A stretch of DNA of 64,000 nucleotides, from the IMG/VR virus record IMGVR_UViG_3300034012_003212, positions 186,001-250,000 of that record; one strand, 5' to 3'. The notes under the pieces were generated by a model. That model had not been told where the DNA came from and searched no databases. It worked only from the letters and a program-made list of their open reading frames with translations. A program made the translations under genes and the position numbers. Shown here piece by piece: positions 35,147 to 43,924 of the stretch. How positions within the stretch are numbered: the stretch's first letter is position 1; the number at the start of each line of letters is the position of its first letter.

Positions 35147-35548
35147 ATGAAAGACAATTACGATTTTGATACGCGCGTTAACTTAAGCAACTGCCCTTTA
35201 CGAGTGATAGACAATCTTCCTATAGGGATGAAAATAAAAGGAATTCTCAATATAGTTGGAATTAAAAAGGATTTCTCCCTTCCTGAAGGATTATGTGTAT
35301 CTTGGCTCATGCAGTTAATAGGGGCAGTGAAACTAAAAAGCCTTCCACGCGATATGAAGATAGGCGGATGGATCAATCTACTTGATTGTCAATCACTACT
35401 CGATTTACCTGATGATATCTTTATATGTGGTGGAGTGTGGTATAATAAAGAAACTGGATTTATCGCAGCAGGACAAGACATACATGAACTAGAGGAGCGC
35501 TTTAGGGCAGAATTTAACATGTTTAACTCCAGCACTATAACACGATGA
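35147..35548 (+). CDS. LRR protein, 3 repeats (distant paralog)
   Basis: LPEGLCV, LPRDMKIGG, VWYNKETGF. Confidence 0.8.
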   Translation: MKDNYDFDTRVNLSNCPLRVIDNLPIGMKIKGILNIVGIKKDFSLPEGLCVSWLMQLIGAVKLKSLPRDMKIGGWINLLDCQSLLDLPDDIFICGGVWYNKETGFIAAGQDIHELEERFRAEFNMFNSSTITR

Positions 35549-36145
35549 ATATATCACAAATATGTACAGTAGATTTCAGCAAGTGTGATCAAAAGGTGTT
35601 TGATAGTATGAAGACAAATTCATGCATAAAAGCACTAACAATAATCAGTCGGAATCCTAGAATCAATAAGCTTCCCGATGGATTGCATATTGGTGGTTAC
35701 GTTGATATTAGCCGATGCAAAGGAATCGAGGACCTCCCCGGGGGGTCTGAGAGTTCTACACGGCATAATGATGATAGAGACTCGAATAAAAGAGATTCAT
35801 TCTGATGTGGTTGTTCTCGGCGAAATCGATCTACATGGAAGCCAAAGATTTAACAAAATCCCTGAGAACTTTACGGTATACGATGATTTATGTTTATCTG
35901 GAATCCCAATCAGTAATCTCCCAAAAGGATTACATGTACTAGGTAATCTGTTTGTTCGTAACTGTGAATTTCTCAAGGATCTTCCCGATGATTTACGTGT
36001 ATCTGGTACAATCTATTATTCAGAGAAGACGGGGTTCTACAGAGATAAACGTAAATTTAATAAATTAATTAAACGGTTAAATCTTCGGATTCCCCCTGAC
36101 TCCGATTTATACTCAATACAGTTATGGAAGAAAAAGCAAGAATAG
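35545..36145 (+). pseudogene. LRR gene split by +1 frameshift in G6 tract
   Basis: EDLPGG in ORF 35545..35805 continues as GLRVLHG in ORF 35678..36145; run of 6 G at 35740-35745 where 5 would keep frame. Confidence 0.75.
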
Positions 36146-36558
36146 ATATAGGCGCATGTAGTTTACGCGCACTCCGGAGTCTACCCCATGGGATGTGTGT
36201 CTGCGGTGCGTTGATATCCAAAACCCGGGTTGACCCTATGTTTCTGCCTGAACAACTAAGGGCGTTGAAGCTTGACTTATACAATTGTCAAGGGGGTGTT
36301 GAGGTTTCCCATGGGACATGTATTGCAGACGGTATGTTTCTGGAAAAATGTAGGATATCAAAATTACCCACGGGTCTAATTGTAGGTGACTTAATATATG
36401 TATCCAACTGCAAAGATCTAATGGATCTACCCAAAGATATGTTGTTGTCATTGGATGGTAGAGTATATTACAATAATCACACAGGGTTTGCTGGTAATAA
36501 AGAGAAACTAGAGGAGTTGCAAGAAAGGTTCCCTGGACAAATAAAAACCTTGTTTTGA
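36124..36558 (+). CDS. LRR protein (distant paralog)
   Basis: LPHGMCVCG, LPTGLIVGD, VYYNNHTGF. Confidence 0.8.
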   Translation: MEEKARIDIGACSLRALRSLPHGMCVCGALISKTRVDPMFLPEQLRALKLDLYNCQGGVEVSHGTCIADGMFLEKCRISKLPTGLIVGDLIYVSNCKDLMDLPKDMLLSLDGRVYYNNHTGFAGNKEKLEELQERFPGQIKTLF

Positions 36559-36571
36559 AAGTAAGAATTAA

Positions 36572-36868
36572 TTGAGTGTTCAGATAAAAACAAATTTTTT
36601 GAATAGTGTTGTGTGTGAAGAACTTTTTCTCTTTGGCGTTACATCAGGTTTTTTTTTGAAGTGGATCGATTCCGTCGTCTTCGCAAAATTCATCTTCTTG
36701 AAAGATTTGTACAACTATGTTAATGGTGATTTTGTGCCTTACAGGGGGGAGCTCCACAATTTGAATATTATCACAGCGAAAGTGAAAGATGGGCTATTTC
36801 TCACAAGAAGTATGGATGAACTTCCTAAAAATGCCAAAGTCTTAGACGACAAGAATCACAATAGTTAA
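36572..36868 (+). CDS. hypothetical protein, degenerate solenoid-like
   Basis: TTG-start ORF filling the gap; VVCEELFL segment. Confidence 0.45.
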   Translation: MSVQIKTNFLNSVVCEELFLFGVTSGFFLKWIDSVVFAKFIFLKDLYNYVNGDFVPYRGELHNLNIITAKVKDGLFLTRSMDELPKNAKVLDDKNHNS

Positions 36869-36882
36869 TAAAAGAATATGAT

Positions 36883-37341
36883 ATGAGTAAAAATAAACTT
36901 TCAAATAGTAATCCAAAAAACGACAAGGCAGTTGTCATGTTTAAGAAAGGAAATTTGAGGTTTCCCAATGGAATCAAGGTCAATGGAATGTTGACGATAC
37001 ATATTGCTGCAAATATCGAGATCACAGGTGATATTGTCTGCGATTATCTGAACCTAAATTCTCTATTTTCTGCCATGCCTCTTATCGTGAGTACGAGATT
37101 CATATGCAAAACTGCATCACTGCGTACTGTTGTGCTTCCTAGTGAATCTTTTCAAGATTGGATTCATAATGTGATATTCGTAGAAAAAATCACACTTCAT
37201 TACTATATGCACCATGCAGTTACTACAGCTATAGAATCTTCACAGGAAGAAGAAAATTATTCGTACCTCGATAAACTAGGATTTAAAACAGATTTTGATA
37301 CATACAATCATCTGATAATCAGAAGGAAAGGGGATGCATGA
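36883..37341 (+). CDS. hypothetical protein with one LRR-like unit
   Basis: FPNGIKVNGMLTI then non-LRR body. Confidence 0.6.
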   Translation: MSKNKLSNSNPKNDKAVVMFKKGNLRFPNGIKVNGMLTIHIAANIEITGDIVCDYLNLNSLFSAMPLIVSTRFICKTASLRTVVLPSESFQDWIHNVIFVEKITLHYYMHHAVTTAIESSQEEENYSYLDKLGFKTDFDTYNHLIIRRKGDA

Positions 37342-37823
37342 TGAAATATCAGGAGTTCAAAACAAACATAAATGATGCTAATTTTCTTCCCTTTTCAGGT
37401 GTTAGCAAGATAACTATAAGGGATCTTTCGAAGATATCTGTGAAGAATCACATAAGAGTCCGAGGGGTGATGTCTTTGGCCACAAAGGTTGATATGAATT
37501 CTGATCTCACACACACATTCCCTCATGGGTTCTCGTGTGAAACACTAGAGTTTGCTAGAGGACTTGTATCAACAATTTTAAACAGTACTGGATTGATTGG
37601 GCCCTCGTTCAAGTTTCTTGAGCTGAACGTATTTCTTTTTTTTATGCCTTTACACGCAGCGAGAGACATCATCAAGTCTCATGATGAATGTCTACGGGTA
37701 TACTGCAAAACGGACTTAAGCAATAGTGACAAGGATCTCAAAGGAACTGGTTTAAAATATTTACCTGTTGCAAAAAGTAATACGCCCAGAGAACTATACT
37801 GGACTATAGTGAGTCGAAAGTAA
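37338..37823 (+). CDS. hypothetical protein
   Basis: 161-aa ORF, ATGA overlap, FPHGFSCETL segment. Confidence 0.6.
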   Translation: MMKYQEFKTNINDANFLPFSGVSKITIRDLSKISVKNHIRVRGVMSLATKVDMNSDLTHTFPHGFSCETLEFARGLVSTILNSTGLIGPSFKFLELNVFLFFMPLHAARDIIKSHDECLRVYCKTDLSNSDKDLKGTGLKYLPVAKSNTPRELYWTIVSRK

Positions 37824-37865
37824 AAGGCTACGTAAGATCTATGAGATTTTGCAAGTTCACATAAG

Positions 37866-37873
37866 AATATATA
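37866..37873 (+). promoter_or_regulatory. putative late promoter AATATATA
   Basis: Intergenic, upstream of 37898. Confidence 0.45.
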
Positions 37874-37897
37874 AAAGAAGAGAAATGATGTAGAGTT

Positions 37898-38542
37898 ATG
37901 ATAGATGAACTTAAAATAAAAACAATCACAGAAATAAAATTGCAACGCTGCGAAGGACCAGTAACGAATAATCTCCCAAGGGGCATGAGAGTGGACGGCA
38001 ATTTAATATTTGATTATAATCCGGATCTGATTAAAGCGCCAGACGATCTTCTAGTTAATGGGTCCTGTTCATTTAGAGCGTGCGACAATCTTAAACACGT
38101 GTCAGAGAATTTAATCGTCAAAGACTCATTATTGATCCAATACTGCCAAAATATTACTGAATTGCCAAAAGGGATGATTGTATACCGCCTATTTCTTAGT
38201 GCGAACAAGAATCTAAACAAAATTGCAGAAGATATATCAGTCAGGTTATTATCCATGCGGGGGTGCGTCAATATCAATAAACTTCCTAAAGCATTCGCCG
38301 GAAGGAGTATGGTATTCCTTGATATAAAGAATTCTGCTATTGATGAAATACCAGATGGAATGAATTTGGAATTGCTCAACATAGAAGGATGCCGGTCTAT
38401 CCAAGATCTTCCTCAGAGTCTGACTGTCATCGATGAAGTAGTGTATAATGCTGACACCGGATTTGCATCTGACAAGAAAAAAATCAAAGAGCTCAAACAA
38501 AGGTTTAGGATGAGGTTTGCGCGAAATAGAAGGTGGAGATGA
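37898..38542 (+). CDS. LRR protein, long distant paralog
   Basis: LPRGMRVDGNL, LPKGMIV, VVYNADTGF. Confidence 0.82.
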   Translation: MIDELKIKTITEIKLQRCEGPVTNNLPRGMRVDGNLIFDYNPDLIKAPDDLLVNGSCSFRACDNLKHVSENLIVKDSLLIQYCQNITELPKGMIVYRLFLSANKNLNKIAEDISVRLLSMRGCVNINKLPKAFAGRSMVFLDIKNSAIDEIPDGMNLELLNIEGCRSIQDLPQSLTVIDEVVYNADTGFASDKKKIKELKQRFRMRFARNRRWR

Positions 38543-38578
38543 TGAAGACCGTAAAAATAAATAAATAAAATCATCAAA

Positions 38579-38941
38579 ATGCTGAAAAATATAGCCATTT
38601 TCACAACAGTGGAGATCGACAGAAATACTGTGATAAGGGATGGGTCAAAAATAAAAGGCAATCTTCGTATAGGGTATAGGTCAAAAACTTTACTAAATCT
38701 ACCAGTAGGACTTAGAGTAAAAGGCGACATAAATTTATACTATGAGCAGGATTTAGTTTCGCTTCCAGAAGGACTTGTAGTATTACATGATATTGATCTA
38801 CGAGGTTGTATGGAATTGAAATACATACCTACAGATGCAATCATAGGCGGCGAGATACACTATGACGGTAACACATATGAAAAAACTGTAGATGTATTGA
38901 AGAAACGATTTAAAGGTAAGGTGATCTATGATAATGATTGA
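38579..38941 (+). CDS. LRR protein, terminal distant paralog
   Basis: LPVGLRVKGDINL, LPEGLVVLHDIDL. Confidence 0.8.
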   Translation: MLKNIAIFTTVEIDRNTVIRDGSKIKGNLRIGYRSKTLLNLPVGLRVKGDINLYYEQDLVSLPEGLVVLHDIDLRGCMELKYIPTDAIIGGEIHYDGNTYEKTVDVLKKRFKGKVIYDND

Positions 38942-38944
38942 TTC

Positions 38945-40069
38945 TCACTTCTTACTGAAGAAGTAGTGAACGTCCTGGGTTTCGTTGTATACGAAGAATA
39001 TCGCAGCTTCATCGATGGGTATGTCCATCCCTAAATGCTTGGATATGTAGTAAAATTTCGCCCTTCCGTTTATAGAGTTCTTTGGGAGATTTGATTCCCC
39101 TACGAATTTCATAAATTCTTCTCTTGTTATCTCAGTGGAGTCTCCTACGTCCCCTTCGTCGGGATTACCTACCTTTTGTGCCATGCTAGTAGCATCCGTA
39201 AATATGTCGCACACGGGCATTCTATTACCTGATTCCATATTGACGTCAATGCAGCTTCCTATGTATTTGGCGCCTTCGTTGATTTTTATGCTTTCTACTA
39301 CTCCCTGCACTGGAGGTACGCCAAGAGATGAATGAAAGGCTTGTGAGTCTTTCTTGTATCCTTCTTGAGTTTCATCTGTGACGTCCTGTGTGTACTGCCA
39401 TGACCACGTCAATTCGCTAGGGGTTTCGAAACCATAGAAACTGAGAACTTCTTTCTGTTTTTCTGACTCATTCTTCCCATTCCAGTTGTGGCCTATACAG
39501 ATGAATCCAGCATTTTTCCCCTCTATGGGATTCGCTCCGCCGAGGGTCGTGTGCATGTTTTGCATCCACGTCAGCCTCTCTATGAGTTTCTGGTATTCTG
39601 CGTTTGCTGAACCCCATCGTATGCTAGCAAAAAATATGACTGCGTCTGATTCAAATATTTCACGGCTGATTCTCCAAAGCTCGTCCTTATTATCATTCAC
39701 ACTCGCCCAACATCTATGGAGCCCTGATGGATTTTTCTTCTTGTCCTTTAGGATGGCATCTTTCACTCCACATGTATTTCCGGATGCATGACTAACATTT
39801 CCTTCACACGGGAGGATGTTAAGCCGTGGAACATCTATCCATGAAGTGGGGTGAAGAACCTGGCTCTTTATATGTAGCGCAAGTAGTGTCGACCTGGGAA
39901 CCTCAGGAGAATGGCCTCCGAGGTCATACCCTGTGTTGTAGGGATACCTTGTACTCGTGGTGAGGAACAGCGTTTTTTTGCTATTGTTATTCAAAAAATC
40001 CACTGTCATCTGAACAGGGTTGGAGCTAGAGTAGTCTAACGATACATCTGAGTTTCCTATGTAGGGCAC
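38945..40069 (-). CDS. flavodoxin-fold NAD(P)H-dependent FMN reductase-like protein with C-terminal extra domain
   Basis: LFLTTSTR, PCEGNVS, SDAVIFFASIRWGS, KLIERL motifs; GTG start uncertain. Confidence 0.7.
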   Translation of the reverse strand: MPYIGNSDVSLDYSSSNPVQMTVDFLNNNSKKTLFLTTSTRYPYNTGYDLGGHSPEVPRSTLLALHIKSQVLHPTSWIDVPRLNILPCEGNVSHASGNTCGVKDAILKDKKKNPSGLHRCWASVNDNKDELWRISREIFESDAVIFFASIRWGSANAEYQKLIERLTWMQNMHTTLGGANPIEGKNAGFICIGHNWNGKNESEKQKEVLSFYGFETPSELTWSWQYTQDVTDETQEGYKKDSQAFHSSLGVPPVQGVVESIKINEGAKYIGSCIDVNMESGNRMPVCDIFTDATSMAQKVGNPDEGDVGDSTEITREEFMKFVGESNLPKNSINGRAKFYYISKHLGMDIPIDEAAIFFVYNETQDVHYFFSKK

Positions 40070-40087
40070 GTTACTTTGTTTTTTTTT

Positions 40088-40423
40088 TTAATTGAATTCC
40101 GCAACTTTCCACTTATCCGGGGCGGATTCTATCTTCTCTGTTGATATCCTGATTCCCGATTCGTTGAGTGAATCCATGTCATCATTGACTTTGAAGTGAC
40201 TTGTGAATTCTTCGCACACAACTTCATTGGGTACATGTTCAGTGGAATCATGTAGCCATGTCACTCCGAGGGAACACATGATTCTATCCACTGATTCATT
40301 TTTGAACTTAACATCTAGATTCCCTAGAACCTTGAGTTCAGAGCACCCAGGATCATTCTTCAGAACAACAAGTGTCTCGTATTCACTTCCTAAACCTAAC
40401 TTATGTAAGAAGAACCTTGACAT
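40088..40423 (-). CDS. hypothetical protein
   Basis: 111-aa ORF. Confidence 0.6.
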   Translation of the reverse strand: MSRFFLHKLGLGSEYETLVVLKNDPGCSELKVLGNLDVKFKNESVDRIMCSLGVTWLHDSTEHVPNEVVCEEFTSHFKVNDDMDSLNESGIRISTEKIESAPDKWKVAEFN

Positions 40424-40610
40424 ACATCCATTTCGGTGTTACAATTCTGGTATAATATACACAATTCTTTCTAACGGATGAAATTTTTTTTATCAAAAAT
40501 TGAACAAACGTTTCATCACAGAATCTCAGGTATATATACACCTATCGGATGGTTTAATAAAAAATGCAATCGGAATTCACACCCCGGGAGCGGAGAAAAA
40601 AAGTAACAAC

Positions 40611-41399
40611 ATGGAATTTTTGGGCGTTTCGAACATAATAAGCATGATAGAAAAGATAGGAGTACTCCAGACGATCTTCGTCACTATTGTGATGACATGT
40701 ATCTATCTGCTATCACGTCACTGGTTAAAACGCATAGACTCAAACTATGAGAAGATAAAAAAAGATAACGAGATCCTCCAGGATAAGATAACAGCGCTAA
40801 AGACTGAACACGAGGATAAGATGTCATCGATAGAGGCCGAGATAAAGAAGAAACTCGACCAGAGGACAAACTTCATGAAGAACCACCCATTTTTCTCAAC
40901 CATGGATTATCTTGTGGATGTGAAAATACCCGGGATATACTACCGATCACAGTTCAAGAAGATTGTGTTCACCGATATACTTGTTAACATGGTATCGAGC
41001 GCCAATGAAGTTTTCAAAAATTTCGTCTTCGATTCGAAGAATTACGAAACCGGAGCGATAGAATTCAGGAACAATATAACCACGTCCATGAAGAACATGC
41101 ACCAGTCATTCGCTGCCGCATGTAACAAGGACGCGGTACCTGCTATTGTCATGGAATCTTTCAGCGCGTGGGTGGCGCCTCTGACGCGTTTTGTGTTCTC
41201 TGCGACAGAGAGTATATGCGACAGCAAAATGTATGAAACTAACATAGATAAGATAAACACGATACTGAGCATCAATCTTGCAGTCTATGACGAGATGGTT
41301 TCTAATATAGAGGTGTATTTAGACGAGATAAATGGCGATTTCAACGGACTCACATACAAAGGAATCGTGTGTGAAGAAGAGCACCACCATCATCCTTAG
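40611..41399 (+). CDS. single-TM membrane protein with coiled coil (holin-like candidate)
   Basis: TM IGVLQTIFVTIVMTCIYLL near N-terminus, then coiled coil and large soluble domain; ATG at 40611 with GGAG SD (ORF track starts 40500). Confidence 0.5.
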   Translation: MEFLGVSNIISMIEKIGVLQTIFVTIVMTCIYLLSRHWLKRIDSNYEKIKKDNEILQDKITALKTEHEDKMSSIEAEIKKKLDQRTNFMKNHPFFSTMDYLVDVKIPGIYYRSQFKKIVFTDILVNMVSSANEVFKNFVFDSKNYETGAIEFRNNITTSMKNMHQSFAAACNKDAVPAIVMESFSAWVAPLTRFVFSATESICDSKMYETNIDKINTILSINLAVYDEMVSNIEVYLDEINGDFNGLTYKGIVCEEEHHHHP

Positions 41400-42991
41400 A
41401 TGTCGTCGGCTCCTGCGAAGTCTGATGGCTTTTCTTCCCGTAGGCGCTTCTTTATCTCCTCAAAATTCATGTCGTCTAGCTTTTCTTCCTTCTTCTTTTC
41501 GTCGAAGTCCTTGCTAACGAGCATGAGGGTTTTTCCATTCGGAGATTTTGTTATATCCTCGAATGATACGCGCATTCCTTTGAGTCTTCCTTTTTTCTTA
41601 TTTGCTATAAGAGACAGTTCAAGATCTGCCAAAGTTAGCTTTTTGTTTCCCTTTGTTCCAACCGGAATGCCATCTAATGTGAGGACCACTTCTCGCAGCG
41701 GGGATCCTTCTACCTTCTTTTTTATACCAAGGGACCTAAGGGGCATGAAATCACCATCTCTTAGTTTTGCGTAAAACACCGATGAGTTATCGGATGGAAC
41801 TATCCGGTATTTTGATGCATTGTTCTTCACCCATGAACTAAGTTCTTCTTGGCGTATGATGAGGTTCTGCCCTTCTGATATGAGCTTTACGATTATTCTT
41901 CCTGACGTGTAAAACCATGGGCATGATTCGAACACAGCAGGATTTTTTGAATCATTGTTACACGCAACATTGAGCCTTGTCATGAATGTTCTGAAGCTCC
42001 GGCTGACTTCATCATCAGACTCACAGAAAGATTCGTAGTAACTGTCTATGTAATTATTCTTTCCTGTATTCCAGGACTTAATTGGATTATCATCGGAGCC
42101 ATACTTACTCTGTCCCATGCACATGTTCCATGCATCGTATATCACCATCATCATGGTATTGAATACAGAGAAGTATGATGCACTAATGGGATCATCACCA
42201 AAAATCCCCACAAAGTCTTTGTTCAAGTACGGTGATATCCACGATAGAAGCACATCATCTTCGATCTCTTCTATATCCCCGTATGCTATGTATTTCCAAG
42301 CGCCACTAACTATATCCCATACGATGTAGTCGATTGCCAACACAGCTACGGCAGGAAGGGCTTCATTGACAGAGGACTCATTCACCTTTTTTTTGAAGAG
42401 AGCGGATACCTTTTTGAACAGCCCATCTAATGAATTAGAGGCGCTCGGTATCACTTTTTTTCCGATCTTCAGGAGATCTTTTCCCACCTGAGCTGCCGCG
42501 ATGGCCTGAGTGGGATCCGAACGAACGACCCCTGACACTGTGAGATTTGCTAGATCGTCGTCATTCTTTATGTAATCAATGAGAACTGATTTAGCACTGC
42601 TTGCATCTGGCCATCTGTACCACTCCTCTATAACGGAGCACAATACATCTGCGTATGTTCCTTCCTTTTTCTGCTGGATGAATTCGTGTAGTTTAATGCT
42701 AAGGTTCGTGTTTCCGATTATATCCTCGGCCTTTGCTTCAATGCCATATAGCTGCTTGTAACTACTTGCGATGGTTGATTTCACGAAGTCGGGAGAGTCT
42801 GATTTTCTTTTAGTCCAGCCCTTTAGTATTTTTTTGGCATTGACGTACTTATTTGGATTCCTCGACGGGCGCACATCGGGCATATTACGATAAGCCTCGA
42901 TGATTTTTGCCATGTACTTTGACTTGGGCTTCATCTCGGTTAGTTCATCTACCTCATTTACAATATTCCATTTTTTAAAGTCTTTGATCAT
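41396..42991 (-). CDS. large hypothetical, probable virion-internal protein
   Basis: 531 aa, MIKDFKKWNIVNE start, in run downstream of portal. Confidence 0.65.
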   Translation of the reverse strand: MIKDFKKWNIVNEVDELTEMKPKSKYMAKIIEAYRNMPDVRPSRNPNKYVNAKKILKGWTKRKSDSPDFVKSTIASSYKQLYGIEAKAEDIIGNTNLSIKLHEFIQQKKEGTYADVLCSVIEEWYRWPDASSAKSVLIDYIKNDDDLANLTVSGVVRSDPTQAIAAAQVGKDLLKIGKKVIPSASNSLDGLFKKVSALFKKKVNESSVNEALPAVAVLAIDYIVWDIVSGAWKYIAYGDIEEIEDDVLLSWISPYLNKDFVGIFGDDPISASYFSVFNTMMMVIYDAWNMCMGQSKYGSDDNPIKSWNTGKNNYIDSYYESFCESDDEVSRSFRTFMTRLNVACNNDSKNPAVFESCPWFYTSGRIIVKLISEGQNLIIRQEELSSWVKNNASKYRIVPSDNSSVFYAKLRDGDFMPLRSLGIKKKVEGSPLREVVLTLDGIPVGTKGNKKLTLADLELSLIANKKKGRLKGMRVSFEDITKSPNGKTLMLVSKDFDEKKKEEKLDDMNFEEIKKRLREEKPSDFAGADDI

Positions 42992-43881
42992 GAGCTTAGT
43001 TTTTTGAACATAGAATATGTCGAGAACGTCATAGCATTAAGTTTCATAAGCGATTCCATAAATGTGGAATCAAAGTCTTTGAATAGTGAGTACGACTCAT
43101 ACGGGGCTTCTGCTGTCTTCTTACCAGAGGCGATACGCTCTATATTTTGTATAGTTGTCGTGTAGTATGCCCCAGATATCTGAGATGAAATGTCTCCCAA
43201 TTCTGTGAATAGGGATGTGCTAGGCACATTCTTTGATGCCCTTCTGCAGAAACTAAGAACGCCTTCGAGTGCATCCTTTGTGAGATCTTTGTCGAAATCA
43301 GAAGAGTTATTTGTCAAACATGCAGTATCTATCCCTCGGTCTTCGAGTTTTGAATTAAGTTCAGACCTGTCCGCTAGACCAAAGAGGAATGCCAGTTTTT
43401 TCCAATCTTCCTTCACCCCGGAATCCAGTTTTTTATCGCTGTACTCAACATCAGATGAACCGAAAACATTTGTGAGAAACATGCTCGTTCTATCCGATCG
43501 AAGAGATTCGAACCATTCTGTTTCAAACCAATCACAGAACTCTTTTGCCTGTTTTTTCATATCATCCAGGGGCACATCTTCTCCGGCTTCCTTTTTGATG
43601 ATGGCCTCTAATACCAATTTCTTTTCCTGGGTTTTGTTTAGACCCATTCTCGGCAGATTCTCCAGGACCTGAGAAGATTGACACAAGAAATTCTTCTTTT
43701 GTGCAATATCGGCGAAGAAATTGAAGCAGTGCTTTAGAAGAATCCTCTGTGAAGAATACGCTAAAAATTCTTTGGTTGTGCACCCAGATTTTGAGAGCTG
43801 CGATAGCCTTGGAAACGAAAATTCAACTCCATGGTCTCTTATCCACGTGCTCGCATTAACCTCTGCAATATTTTTTTCCAT
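42988..43881 (-). CDS. hypothetical, probable virion protein
   Basis: 297-aa ORF in late operon. Confidence 0.65.
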   Translation of the reverse strand: MEKNIAEVNASTWIRDHGVEFSFPRLSQLSKSGCTTKEFLAYSSQRILLKHCFNFFADIAQKKNFLCQSSQVLENLPRMGLNKTQEKKLVLEAIIKKEAGEDVPLDDMKKQAKEFCDWFETEWFESLRSDRTSMFLTNVFGSSDVEYSDKKLDSGVKEDWKKLAFLFGLADRSELNSKLEDRGIDTACLTNNSSDFDKDLTKDALEGVLSFCRRASKNVPSTSLFTELGDISSQISGAYYTTTIQNIERIASGKKTAEAPYESYSLFKDFDSTFMESLMKLNAMTFSTYSMFKKLSS

Positions 43882-43924
43882 GAATTGTGTTTATAGTTTA
43901 TCGGCCAAATATAGAATCACGACG

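Larger units (their letters stand above)
16942..38941 (+). repeat. tandem array of about 45 capped-LRR genes (plus array), diverging distally
   Basis: Head-to-tail paralogs; homogeneous to ~32.2 kb, then progressively degenerate. Confidence 0.95.

Noticed and set aside
11389-38941. Integron cassette array or complete DGR
   Set aside because: No tyrosine integrase, attC-like long palindrome, reverse transcriptase or invariant template repeat is visible in the window; shared tracts also cross gene junctions. Kept only as hypotheses needing the rest of the genome.
11389-38941. Whole array as an assembly artefact
   Set aside because: Nearly all units are distinct intact ORFs with in-frame 63-bp steps and a smooth divergence gradient, which collapse or duplication errors would not create; individual mosaic junctions still need long-read confirmation.
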